From Syntrophorhabdaceae bacterium (GTDB lineage Bacteria; Desulfobacterota; Syntrophorhabdia; Syntrophorhabdales; Syntrophorhabdaceae), in contig OY762209.1 of assembly GCA_963665295.1 (NCBI GenBank), positions 3,424,001 through 3,488,000 on the forward strand: 64,000 nucleotides of DNA, given 5' to 3'. Positions 47,026 to 56,842 of the stretch are shown piece by piece. Below the pieces are notes generated by a model. That model was not told where the DNA came from and made no database searches. It saw only the letters and a program-made list of their open reading frames with translations. Position 1 is the first letter of the stretch; every line of letters begins with the position of its first letter. The translations under genes and the position numbers were made by a program.

Positions 47026-48564
47026 TTGGATAACGAACAGTCAAAGGCCGTGAAGATGAGAATCTCATGGTCACGAATTTCCCAGATCGTCTTTCTCGTA
47101 GCATTCCTCATCCTTTTCGTCACCACGGAATACAGGGGAAAGGATGAGATATCCGTAGCCATGAACAGTTTTTTCAGGGCCGACCCTCTTGTCGCGATGA
47201 GTTATATACTCGCGGAAAAGACGGTGACATGGCTTCTTGTCCCCGGTGTCCTGATGATCGTTTTTTCGGCGGCCCTGGGAAGGTTTTTTTGTGGCTGGAT
47301 TTGTCCTCTCGGGACAACCCTGGACCTCATCACGAAGAGGATAAATAAAAGGGGTCCCATCAGATTCATCAAAGGGAGGTTCAAATACTGGCTGCTCCTG
47401 CCCCTTCTCTCGGCGGCGTTTTTTAACGTCAATCTGACGGGTATCCTCGATCCTATCGCCATACTTGTCAGGGCTCTGACCTTCTTCCTTTACCCCGTTT
47501 TCGGCTACACCGTGAGGTCGGGTTGGACGGGGCTTTACGCGGTGATAGGCGAGAGAAGGGACTACGCTGAACCGGTGTATGCCTTTTTCAAAGACTACAT
47601 TCTCCCTTTCCGTGAAACCTTCTATCCCCTTGCATTCATATCTTTCATGTTCTTTCTCCTTATCGTTTTTCTTGAGAGATATGAACGGAGAAACTGGTGC
47701 AGGAACCTCTGTCCCCTTGGGACGCTTCTTGGTCTCGTAGGGAGGTTTTCCCCTTTCAGGAGGCTGCCCGGAAGGCTTTGCTCCGATTGTCAGGGATGCA
47801 GGGACGTCTGCCCCACGGCGTTTGACCGGGAAGTCTTCCAGAAAGAGGATTGCATCCTTTGTATGGAGTGTGAACTGAAGTGCAGGTTTAAGCGAGTCGG
47901 TTTTTCGCTGAGATCCGTCAAGGCCCGTAGCGGAAAACCCCGGCAGCCCGTAATGGAAAGGCGGGTTCTTGTGGGTGGGCTTCTTTCGGGTTTTTTCCTC
48001 AGCCATGCTTTTTCGTTCAAGTCTCCTTATTCCCAGGAACGGATGCTCCGGCCGCCGGGAGTGGATGATGAGCCCGCATTTCTGAAAAAGTGTGTGAGGT
48101 GCGGGGAGTGCATGAAGGTCTGTCTTAAGAATGCCCTTTACCCGGACTACTTCAGGGCGGGTTTTTACGGGGTGTTCATGCCTGTTATGATCCCGAGGCT
48201 CGGGTATTGCGAATATAATTGCAATCTTTGCGGCCAGGTGTGCCCCACGGGCGCCATACCGAATCAGCCGCTGGAACAGAAGAAAAAGAGCGTTATAGGC
48301 CTTGCCGCGGTGGACAAGAACCACTGCCTCCCCTATGCGAAGAAGATCAACTGCATCGTGTGCGAAGAGCATTGCCCCATCCCCGAGAAGGCAATTCGCC
48401 TGGAAGCCATAGAAGAGCGGGGCTATGACGGGCGGACTGTCACCCTCAAGCGGCCCTACGTGGTGGATGAATTGTGCACCGGTTGCGGGATCTGTGAATA
48501 TGTGTGCCCTCTCGAAGGCAAGGCGGCGATCGAGGTTTACTCGAAGAAGAAAAGGAAACTGTAG
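47026..48564 (+). CDS. Membrane Fe-S protein, NapH/MauN-like domain fused to a NapG/MauM-like domain
   Basis: TM helices; GRFFCGWICPLG, WCRNLCPLG, LRPPG, CVRCGECMKVC, CNLCGQVCPTGAI, CTGCGICEYVCP. Start uncertain (47026-47056). Confidence 0.88.
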   Translation: MDNEQSKAVKMRISWSRISQIVFLVAFLILFVTTEYRGKDEISVAMNSFFRADPLVAMSYILAEKTVTWLLVPGVLMIVFSAALGRFFCGWICPLGTTLDLITKRINKRGPIRFIKGRFKYWLLLPLLSAAFFNVNLTGILDPIAILVRALTFFLYPVFGYTVRSGWTGLYAVIGERRDYAEPVYAFFKDYILPFRETFYPLAFISFMFFLLIVFLERYERRNWCRNLCPLGTLLGLVGRFSPFRRLPGRLCSDCQGCRDVCPTAFDREVFQKEDCILCMECELKCRFKRVGFSLRSVKARSGKPRQPVMERRVLVGGLLSGFFLSHAFSFKSPYSQERMLRPPGVDDEPAFLKKCVRCGECMKVCLKNALYPDYFRAGFYGVFMPVMIPRLGYCEYNCNLCGQVCPTGAIPNQPLEQKKKSVIGLAAVDKNHCLPYAKKINCIVCEEHCPIPEKAIRLEAIEERGYDGRTVTLKRPYVVDELCTGCGICEYVCPLEGKAAIEVYSKKKRKL

Positions 48565-48648
48565 TAAAAGTAACTCCTTGACTAGGCATTTGGGCCTGTG
48601 TTAAATCGTTTATGCACTTAGTGGAAAAAATAACTGCAAGGACGTGAC

Positions 48649-50580
48649 ATGGAAAAATATCCCCATATCTTTGCCCCCGGCCGAATCGGCACCCTCACCA
48701 CGAAGAACAGAGTCAAGTATGCGGCCACCGAAACTAATTTCCCCTTCAGGGACGGTTTTGTAAGCGACAGGGAAGTAGCGTACATGGAAGCCCAGGCAAG
48801 GGGAGGCGCGGGGATAGTGACGACCCAGGGCGCCTATCCCGACCCCAGGGGAGAAGGAAAAGGTTTCAGGGGTATGATGGGCATATACGATGACGTTTTT
48901 GTGCCGGGCCTTGCCCGGATCTCTGAAGTGATAAGGAAACATGGTGCCCTTTCATGTCTGCAGATCCTCCATTGCGGCAGGGAAGGGGGCGTGGAGCTCG
49001 ATTACAGCCTTATGGCTTCCGCCGTTCCGCAGAAGCTGTCTTATTTCAAGAAGCCGAGAGAGATTACTGCGGAGGAGATAAAGCAGTCCGTCAAGGACCA
49101 CGTGAAGGCCGCGAGGCGGGCAGTCGACGCGGGGTTTGATATGATAGAGATATCGGGCATTGTGGGTTATCTGATTTCTACCTTCATTTCCCGCTACAGC
49201 AACAAGAGAACTGATGAGTATGGGGGCGACATTCGGGATCGCTGCCGCGTCATGAAGGAGATCCTCGGGGGCATCAAATCCGAGGTAGGAATCACCTACC
49301 CGGTAGGCATACGGCTCTGCGGCCTCGAACTCCTTGACGACAGAGGAGGAAACACCTTTGAGGAGAGCCTTGAAAGCTTCCGGATAGCGGAAGAAGCAGG
49401 CGCGGATTACGTGAGTGTGACCATCGGATGGCATGAGTCTTCTCAGTCGGTGATTACACGGGATGTGCCCATGGGCCACTGGCTCTATGTGGCCGATGCG
49501 GTGAAGAAAGCCGTAGACATTCCCGTGATGATGGCATTCCGGCAGTTCTTGCCCGCCATACCCGAGAAGGCCCTTGCCGACAAGAACATAGACTTCTGGG
49601 AGGTGTGCCGGCCCATGATTGCGGACCCTGATCTTCCAAGAAAAGCGAAAGAGGGGAAAGAGGACGAGATCATCCCTTGCATTGCGTGCAACCTTTGTTT
49701 CTCACGGCTTTACTATCACCAGCCCATCATGTGTTCCGTGCGGCCGAGCCTGGGAAAGGAGGCCGACCCTGAGTGGGGCTATTATGGTTTCGCAAAGGCC
49801 GGGGAGGTGAAAAAGGTTATAGTAGTGGGTGGTGGTCCCGCGGGCCTTCAATGCGCATCGGTGGCCGCACAACGGGGACACAGGGTAATCCTCTTCGAAA
49901 AGGGGAACACGTTGGGAGGCGCGGTCCTCCTTGCGTCGAGGGTGGACGAAGGAGCGGCAGAGTTGCTCCGCCCTATCGCCATGCTCGACGGGGAGTGCAG
50001 GCGGAATAACGTGGACCTTCGTCTCGGGGTGGAATGTACCCCGGACATCATAGCAGCGGAAGGGCCGGACGTAGTGATAATGGCCACGGGCGCGGTGCTC
50101 CGGGAAACTCCTTCGCAGCCCGGAGTCACAGTCCTTACCCCGGAAGACGTGATGCTGAGGGACGTGAAGCCCCCCCGCAAGGTGGTTATTATCGGAGGTA
50201 AAGGTGTGGGACTTGGCGTCGCTGTTTTTCTCGTGAGGAACGGAGATTACGAGATGACGGTCATCGAGGAAGGTGCGAGGCTCGGGAGGGATGTGAACCC
50301 CTTCTACCTGTGGCAGTATGTGCGGCTCCTTAAGGGAAAGAAGGTCAACCTTACCGCGGGTGTGGGCGTCGTCGGGATAGAGGAAGGCGGCGTAAGAATC
50401 TCCGGGCCGACCGGCGAGAAACTGATCCCGTGCGAAGGGGTGATATTGGCCGATCAGGTCCCCTGGAAGGGGTGGGATGCTTCCTTCCAAGGGGAGATTC
50501 ACTACATCGGAGATGCGAAGAAACCGAGGCGAATAAACAATGCGATACATGACGGTTATCGTGTGGGGATGAATATCTGA
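48649..50580 (+). CDS. Multi-domain old-yellow-enzyme (FMN/[4Fe-4S]/FAD), aryl-CoA/dienoyl-CoA reductase-like
   Basis: KNRVKYAA, NKRTDEYGG, RPMIADP, CIACNLC-x11-C, GGGPAGL. The active-site segment reads EISGIVGYL. Confidence 0.9.
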   Translation: MEKYPHIFAPGRIGTLTTKNRVKYAATETNFPFRDGFVSDREVAYMEAQARGGAGIVTTQGAYPDPRGEGKGFRGMMGIYDDVFVPGLARISEVIRKHGALSCLQILHCGREGGVELDYSLMASAVPQKLSYFKKPREITAEEIKQSVKDHVKAARRAVDAGFDMIEISGIVGYLISTFISRYSNKRTDEYGGDIRDRCRVMKEILGGIKSEVGITYPVGIRLCGLELLDDRGGNTFEESLESFRIAEEAGADYVSVTIGWHESSQSVITRDVPMGHWLYVADAVKKAVDIPVMMAFRQFLPAIPEKALADKNIDFWEVCRPMIADPDLPRKAKEGKEDEIIPCIACNLCFSRLYYHQPIMCSVRPSLGKEADPEWGYYGFAKAGEVKKVIVVGGGPAGLQCASVAAQRGHRVILFEKGNTLGGAVLLASRVDEGAAELLRPIAMLDGECRRNNVDLRLGVECTPDIIAAEGPDVVIMATGAVLRETPSQPGVTVLTPEDVMLRDVKPPRKVVIIGGKGVGLGVAVFLVRNGDYEMTVIEEGARLGRDVNPFYLWQYVRLLKGKKVNLTAGVGVVGIEEGGVRISGPTGEKLIPCEGVILADQVPWKGWDASFQGEIHYIGDAKKPRRINNAIHDGYRVGMNI

Positions 50581-50774
50581 TGATACCTATCGTAGATTTG
50601 GACGAGTGCACGGGATGCGCAAACTGCACGGAGGTCTGCCCTCCGGGAGCGCTATCAATGGAAGAGGGAAAAGTGCTTCTCACCGAGGACCTTTGCGAAG
50701 AATGCGGGTTCTGCGCGGCCGAGTGTCCTGTGGGGGCGATCACCGTCCCTTTCCCGTACTCTGCCGACAAATGA
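50580..50774 (+). CDS. 2x[4Fe-4S] ferredoxin
   Basis: CTGCANCTEVCP and CEECGFCAAECP; acidic; TGATG overlap with the upstream gene. Confidence 0.93.
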   Translation: MIPIVDLDECTGCANCTEVCPPGALSMEEGKVLLTEDLCEECGFCAAECPVGAITVPFPYSADK

Positions 50775-50931
50775 CGTCAGGCAGGGAAGCGTTCCGGGCC
50801 ACCCGTGCCGAGAGACCGGGCGACGTATCGGCAGGGATGGAACTGCCTACGGGCGGTGTTATCGGGGAAACGCATAGCGGGAGAGACAAACGCGCCGCGT
50901 GGGCGGCGCCGAGGCTGCGAAGTGACTTCCG

Positions 50932-51390
50932 TTATATCTTTCTGCTGTTCTTGATGAGTAGCTTAAGATTTTCCAGGAGCGTGTGTTTTTCGTGCTCCGC
51001 AAAGCCCTTGAGCATCGAGTGCATGTAGTCGTCCCGTTCTTTCTCGATATAGGTAAGGGTTCTCTTGCCTTTGGCCGTGATCTCGAGAATCGTGACGCGC
51101 TCATCGGTAGGGTCCGATTTTCTCACGATGAAGCCGTTCTTCTCGAGCCGCCTTGCTATGCCGGTCATGTTAGCAACTGGTACAAGCATGATGCGGCTTA
51201 CATGGGTGATCCTGCTCTGCCCGTCCTTTGACGCGTCAAGAACCCTTAACATATTGTACTGAGGAAACGAAAGTCCATGTTTCCTGAAAATATTGGATAC
51301 AACCCTTTTGAATGTCTCGGCCGCTCTAACGAGGGCCATCAACACATTTTCATCGGCGCTCAAATCGCTCCTATAGCTAATTCCCATCAT
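50932..51390 (-). CDS. MarR family transcriptional regulator
   Basis: HGLSFPQYNML, NMTGIARRLEKNGFI, DPTDERV...ITAKG. Confidence 0.93.
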   Translation of the reverse strand: MMGISYRSDLSADENVLMALVRAAETFKRVVSNIFRKHGLSFPQYNMLRVLDASKDGQSRITHVSRIMLVPVANMTGIARRLEKNGFIVRKSDPTDERVTILEITAKGKRTLTYIEKERDDYMHSMLKGFAEHEKHTLLENLKLLIKNSRKI

Positions 51391-51494
51391 TTCACCTCAA
51401 CAGACCGTGGATTCAAAATCGAACGAATTTAAATTATACCAGCTTGTGGACCGATACTCCAGAAAATAAACGCATTGAAATTAAATATATTGAT

Positions 51495-51510
51495 AGTAAA
51501 CATGTTGACT
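51495..51510. promoter_or_regulatory. Putative MarR operator overlapping a -35 element
   Basis: Near-perfect palindrome AGTAAACATGTTGACT containing TTGACT, in the divergent intergenic region. Confidence 0.55.
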
Positions 51511-51749
51511 TTCTATATCTCCTTATGGTATTTGATTTTTATATGGAGACAGGAGCTTTTCCGACTCTCCTGACCGGGTCGTGTGACCGCGTAGTTCGCA
51601 GGATAAACGGCCACCTGAGGAGGGTAAAAGATGTGCCGGATATACTCTCCGAAGGGTCGGCGGTTTCAATCTCCGGTAAGAGGCAGCGGCAGTGCGGACG
51701 AAGTGTAAGGAGCATCAGCAGAAAAAACGGTTAAGAACAAGGAGGTACA

Positions 51750-53207
51750 ATGCAAATCAAGAATGAGCTTGCAAAGATTGTGGGCAAGGACTACGTAAGT
51801 GAAAGCATGAAGGATCGCGAGAAATACTCGCGGGATTACAGCCTCCTTCCTGCCGGACTTCCCGACGCCGTAGTGTGGCCGGGTAGCTCGGAAGAGGTAG
51901 GTAAGGTTGTGACGTGGGCTAACGAGAAGAACATACCTATAGTTCCGGTAAGTTCGAAAGTCCATTTCTACGGATGCAGCATACCGAAGCAGGGCGGCGT
52001 CGTTGTCGACCTTTCGAGGATGAACAAGATCTTTGAAATTGACACGGACAACCGTCTGGTAAGGTTTGAGGCCGGCGTAACGTGGGAACAGCTTACCACG
52101 GAACTGGCGAAGAAGGGTCACAGGGTCATTATGCCGTTACTGCCCCCGGGAGATCGCTCGGTACTGACCGACACCCTGGAGAGGGAGACACCGACAAACA
52201 TCGTGTACGACTACGGAGAGCCGATGCAGTCGGTTGAAGTTGTATGGCCGACCGGCGAGCTTTTCAGGTGCGGTTCCGCCAGCGTAAACGGTTTCCCTGA
52301 TTCAAAGTCAAGAGGCGCAAACCCATCAGGACCGGGCCTTGACTTCTACCGGTTTTTCCAGCTTGCCCAGGGTACCATGGGTATCGTCACATGGATGAGC
52401 TTGAAGATGGAGACAGTTCCCAAGATAGACAAGATATTCTTCGCACCTGTATATGATCTGGAATATGCTATGAATTTCCTGTACAGGATACTGCCGAGGA
52501 GAATCGGCCAGGAGTGTCTGTTGCTGAACAACACGGACCTCGCCGCCCTCGCCGCAGATTCAATGCCCGATGATTTCGACGAACTGCGGGCCAAATTGCC
52601 GCCTTGGACTCTTATTCTCACCATAAGCGGGCTCGTAAGAAGACCCGAAGAGAAGATCGCCTACGAAGAGAAGTTCCTTGCGGAAGTACTGAAAAACGAA
52701 TTCCCGAAGATGGGCCTTACGGACAACCTCCCTGGTTTCCCCGGGCTTGGCCGGAAACTCATGCCTATGTTGAGAGCCCCGTGGCCGTCTGACCTTCCGT
52801 ACTGGAAGAACCGTATAAAAGGTGGAGTACAGAATCTGTTCTTCATCACAAAGCCGAATCGCGCTTCTATGTTCATCGAGGTTATGGAACTCGTAGCAGC
52901 CAAGTACGACTATCCGTTCGGCGACATCGGAAGCCATATCCAGCCGATAGAGCACAACAGAGCCTGCGAGATCGAATTCAGCTTCTTCTACAATCCTGAT
53001 GATGCCGCTGAGAAAGAACTTGTGGCTGCGATGTACCGGGATGCCGCAACGGCACTGTTCAACGAAGGTGCGTTCTTTACGAGACCTTACGGAGAACTCG
53101 CCCCGATGATATATGACAAGGCCGCAGGATATCAGGCAGCCTTGAAACGGGTGAAAAATGTCCTCGATCCGAAGAACATTATGAATCCCGGAAATCTGTG
53201 CTTCTAA
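51750..53207 (+). CDS. FAD-binding oxidoreductase (VAO/PCMH-fold, GlcD/E-like)
   Basis: PDAVVWP...EEV, VVVDLSRMNKI, EAGV, QGTMGIVT, LDPKNIMNPG. Confidence 0.88.
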   Translation: MQIKNELAKIVGKDYVSESMKDREKYSRDYSLLPAGLPDAVVWPGSSEEVGKVVTWANEKNIPIVPVSSKVHFYGCSIPKQGGVVVDLSRMNKIFEIDTDNRLVRFEAGVTWEQLTTELAKKGHRVIMPLLPPGDRSVLTDTLERETPTNIVYDYGEPMQSVEVVWPTGELFRCGSASVNGFPDSKSRGANPSGPGLDFYRFFQLAQGTMGIVTWMSLKMETVPKIDKIFFAPVYDLEYAMNFLYRILPRRIGQECLLLNNTDLAALAADSMPDDFDELRAKLPPWTLILTISGLVRRPEEKIAYEEKFLAEVLKNEFPKMGLTDNLPGFPGLGRKLMPMLRAPWPSDLPYWKNRIKGGVQNLFFITKPNRASMFIEVMELVAAKYDYPFGDIGSHIQPIEHNRACEIEFSFFYNPDDAAEKELVAAMYRDAATALFNEGAFFTRPYGELAPMIYDKAAGYQAALKRVKNVLDPKNIMNPGNLCF

Positions 53208-53218
53208 GGAGGAAAAAC

Positions 53219-54535
53219 ATGCCAAATGATCGTTACGATACGCCAAAAACACCAGTTGCCCTGGATATAACAAAACTGGAAAATTTTAAGTATGATATGG
53301 ACCATTGCATTAAATGCAAGGGTTGCTATTGGGTTGAGCACAGCTACATGCCGGGCGTGAACTTCTCGGTAAGATGCCCCAGCAACTACTGGAACGATTT
53401 CGACTCTTACGGCGCCTTCGGTAAGATGAGGATAGGTCTTGGTATCATCGACAAGAAACTGGAGTGGACCGACAAGCTTCTGGAAATCATCTATGCCGAT
53501 CCGCTTTGCGGCGCTTGCGACGTAGGCTGCAAACGTAATCTGGACCTGGAAATAGGACTGACACTTGAGGCCCTGAGAGTCAAAGCGGTGCAGGAAGGGG
53601 CAGGCCCCATGCCGGCACACAAGAAGATTGCGAAGAATATAGACACGAAGCACAACCAGTTCGGCGCCCCCCACGAAAACAGAAAGAAATGGGTAACGAA
53701 GGACATCAAAGTGGCCGACAAGGCCGACACCCTGTATTTTGCGGGATGTTCTTCATCTTACAGAAACCCCGACATCGCGAAAGCGACAGCGAAGATCCTG
53801 AACGCCGCCGGGACGCCTTTCATGATGCTGAAAGACGAGTGGTGCTGCGGAAATACGGTTGTCTCGACGGGTATGATGGATGAAGCAAAGAAGATTGCGG
53901 AGCGGAACATTGCGGCGATCAAGGAGTCGGGAGCAAAGAGAGTCATCACGAGCTGCGCCGAGTGTTACAGGACGTTGAAAGTCGACTATCCGAAGCTTCT
54001 CGATATCGCAACGGCGGACCTCGGATTTGAGGTTATCCACCTTATCGAGTTTGCCGACGCTGCCATCAAAGACGGCTCGCTGAAGCTGACCCAGCCGGTG
54101 GACGTGCGGTTTGCGTACCAGGATTCATGTGGCGTGAGCAGACTTGCCGACCCGTGGACCCCGTGGAGCGGTACCCGTGGCTGGATGGGTTGCGTGGAGC
54201 CGGAACTGAAGAGGAGACGCGGCACAAAAGGACTTTACATGCAAGCCAGGGATATATTCAAGGCCATTCCGGGCGCCAAATTCGTTGAAATGCCGAGAAC
54301 GAGAGAGAACGCATTCTGTTGCGGAGCGGGAAGAGGCACAAAGGAAGCCTTCCCGGATCTCGCATCGGTATCCGCAAAACATCGGATCGAAGAGGTGAAG
54401 CATGTGAGTGCTGAGGCTCTCGTGGCTGCATGTCCGTGGTGCAAAAGCAATTTCTCCCAGGCAGTCAAAGAGAATGGCGACAACGTGAAAGTAATGGATA
54501 TTGCGGAACTTATCCTTGCCGCAGTTGAATCATAA
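53219..54535 (+). CDS. GlcF/HdrD-like Fe-S protein with CCG domains
   Basis: CIKCKGC, CGACDVGC, FAGC, WCCG, SCAEC, QDSC, FCCGAG, ACPWC. AAGGAGG RBS. Confidence 0.88.
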   Translation: MPNDRYDTPKTPVALDITKLENFKYDMDHCIKCKGCYWVEHSYMPGVNFSVRCPSNYWNDFDSYGAFGKMRIGLGIIDKKLEWTDKLLEIIYADPLCGACDVGCKRNLDLEIGLTLEALRVKAVQEGAGPMPAHKKIAKNIDTKHNQFGAPHENRKKWVTKDIKVADKADTLYFAGCSSSYRNPDIAKATAKILNAAGTPFMMLKDEWCCGNTVVSTGMMDEAKKIAERNIAAIKESGAKRVITSCAECYRTLKVDYPKLLDIATADLGFEVIHLIEFADAAIKDGSLKLTQPVDVRFAYQDSCGVSRLADPWTPWSGTRGWMGCVEPELKRRRGTKGLYMQARDIFKAIPGAKFVEMPRTRENAFCCGAGRGTKEAFPDLASVSAKHRIEEVKHVSAEALVAACPWCKSNFSQAVKENGDNVKVMDIAELILAAVES

Positions 54536-54546
54536 GGAGGTTGGCT

Positions 54547-56157
54547 ATGAGTATAGTGAAAGCTGCATATAATGCAATAGAGTCGATAGTTGGTCCCAAG
54601 TTTATCTCCGACGATCCGGCCATCTGCGAAGGCTACCGGTCGGGACCTGGTGGATACGAGAGCGGCCTCGGATACGAGCGTGTAATGACGACAATACCGC
54701 ACGCCGTAGTCATGCCGAAAACCACCGAAGATGTTCAGAAGATCGTAAAAATATGTAACCGTTATAAAGTACCTTACGTTCCCTACGCAACAGGGTTCTA
54801 TGGCCCCCGTTCACACTGCCATGTGGAGAACGAGCTTCTTATCGACATGAAGAGGATGAACTCCTTTGAAATCGACGAGAAACATTTTTGCATCAACGTA
54901 GGCCCGGGCGTCATCTATTCCCCGATCCAGCAGGAGTGCCTTAACAAAGGCGCGTATGTGGTTATCGGCGGCGGCGGCGCGCAGGCATCGGCTATCGCAA
55001 ACCTGATCGGCGACGGCTGGTCACCTCTGAGTCACAGGATTGGTCTGCCTCACAGACGTATCCTTGGTACCGAGTTGGTCCTTCCCGACGGCGAACTGGT
55101 GAAGATGGGTTCCCTTGCGAACGGCGACGACCCGTTCTGGGGTGACGGACCCGGTCCGGACCTGAGAGGTCTTCTCCGTGGTTTCACCGGTCTTCGCGGT
55201 TGCCTCGGCATCGTAACAAAGATGGCAATCAAGACCCTTCCTTTCCAGCCTGAGCCCCTTGTTCCCACAGGCATTTCACCCAACACGGGACTTGCCCTTC
55301 CCACGAACCGCGTAAAATGGATCAACTATCAGGTGCCGAGCAAGGCAGCCCAGATAAAGGCCATGTTCGAAGTAGGAAAGGCTGAGGTCGCCGGCGCAAT
55401 AACAAAGGTGCCCCTGTTCTGGCGTGCAATTAACAAGGCGGAGAGCAAAGAGGAGTTCTGGCAGTTGTGGGGTAAGGAAAACGAAGAGACAATCAAAAAC
55501 TTCTTCATCGTCCGTGTGCTGCTGATCGGCTACACCTCCGAAGAGCAGATGCAGTACGACGAGAACGTATTGAACGACATCATGGCCGAGTGCGGCGCGG
55601 TGCCCAGAGCAACGAGGCCTCTCGACGAATCTTGGATCAAGAATGCGGACTCGGCAGGTATGTGGCTCATGTGCGGTTCCTACGTCTCGGTTGATTACAT
55701 CATCGAGTCGCTGACTCAGGCCACCGTGCACGGAGAAAGCTACGCCGACACCAAGAAGAAATATACGCCACCCCTTATGCCCGATTACGGCGATCCGGGT
55801 TGGTTCCAGAGTTTTGAGTGCGGTCACCAGGGTTACTCCGAATTCCTCGTTTATTGGGACCAGGATGAGGACACTACCGGTGTCGATCATTTCTACGTAG
55901 AGACATCAAAGATGAACATCAAAGAGCGTTTCTATACCTCGCTCTTAGGCCCTCACCAGCCGATGTACCTTACAGGGCCGATGTACGGACCGAACTACCA
56001 TGAGTGGATGCTGAAGATCAAAGATGAATTTGATCCTCTCTGGGTATGTCACCCGCCGGTACCTCTGGCACACGATGAGTTCGTGGAACGTGCGGAGTGG
56101 ATGAGACCGCTGAAGGATTGGGAAAGCCCGAAAGAACTGCCCATGCCCAAGTGGTAA
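54547..56157 (+). CDS. FAD-binding oxidoreductase (VAO/PCMH-fold), second subunit
   Basis: PHAVVMPKTTEDVQKIVKICN, IDMKRMN, ELVLPDGE, GPGPDLRGL, GCLGIVTK, IKDEFDP. TAAGGAGG RBS. Confidence 0.88.
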   Translation: MSIVKAAYNAIESIVGPKFISDDPAICEGYRSGPGGYESGLGYERVMTTIPHAVVMPKTTEDVQKIVKICNRYKVPYVPYATGFYGPRSHCHVENELLIDMKRMNSFEIDEKHFCINVGPGVIYSPIQQECLNKGAYVVIGGGGAQASAIANLIGDGWSPLSHRIGLPHRRILGTELVLPDGELVKMGSLANGDDPFWGDGPGPDLRGLLRGFTGLRGCLGIVTKMAIKTLPFQPEPLVPTGISPNTGLALPTNRVKWINYQVPSKAAQIKAMFEVGKAEVAGAITKVPLFWRAINKAESKEEFWQLWGKENEETIKNFFIVRVLLIGYTSEEQMQYDENVLNDIMAECGAVPRATRPLDESWIKNADSAGMWLMCGSYVSVDYIIESLTQATVHGESYADTKKKYTPPLMPDYGDPGWFQSFECGHQGYSEFLVYWDQDEDTTGVDHFYVETSKMNIKERFYTSLLGPHQPMYLTGPMYGPNYHEWMLKIKDEFDPLWVCHPPVPLAHDEFVERAEWMRPLKDWESPKELPMPKW

Positions 56158-56209
56158 GTATGAGTTGAGGGCGACCTCAGGATAAGCAAAAGAGTATCGG
56201 AAATACAGA

Positions 56210-56245
56210 GACTGGGCAGGCAATCAGCAGGATGCCTGCCCAGTC
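56210..56245 (+). terminator. Strong hairpin after the FAD/Fe-S trio
   Basis: GACTGGGCAGGCA-N10-TGCCTGCCCAGTC (13-bp perfect stem) with a weak U-tail. Confidence 0.55.
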
Positions 56246-56473
56246 ATTCTGAATAGGGCAGGATAAAAGCAGGATGTTTGTAAATGTGAACATAAAGTGG
56301 CCCATAAGGGCTACGAAATAACTTGATATGAATACATAAGTTGTTGTATACTCGAAAAGGCCAATCGTTTGGCCCGGTGATATAGCTACGGAAATAGCGG
56401 CCCGCATGAAGCCGATTTTATAGATTAGATGTAAATTTTGTGGTTAAAGAAAGATACCAAAGGAGGTGAAAAA

Positions 56474-56734
56474 ATGGCAAAAGTTTCAAATGCCTGCCCG
56501 TTCTCAAGCAGGTCTTGCAGGGAGTGCGCCATTTACATCGGCAGGCATTCGCAGATTTGCATAGCGGCGAGGTACAAGAACGGAGTCAAACCTAAGCCGA
56601 CATACGGATGTACCCATCTGAAGTTCGAGTTTCCCACGGAACTTGTGGAGAGCGACGTTCGGCTTAAAGATCTGGAAGAACGAGAAGAAAATCTTCAGGA
56701 AGCGAAAATAGTCTGGAAAAGTGAAACAAGGTGA
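56474..56734 (+). CDS. Small Cys-rich hypothetical protein (86 aa)
   Basis: AAGGAGGTGA RBS; CPFSSRSCRECAIYIGRHSQIC motif. Confidence 0.75.
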   Translation: MAKVSNACPFSSRSCRECAIYIGRHSQICIAARYKNGVKPKPTYGCTHLKFEFPTELVESDVRLKDLEEREENLQEAKIVWKSETR

Positions 56735-56842
56735 GTTACGGGTTGGAGTCTTAAGGACATTCCGGATTGTCCGAAACGACTACTGGAAGCGGCTAATTAA
56801 AGTTGGAGACAGCGAAGAAAGTATTATGGAAAGGAGATAAGC

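Noticed and set aside
56369..56387. Sigma54 promoter (TTGGCCCG...)
   Set aside because: The GG-N10-GC spacing is not met.
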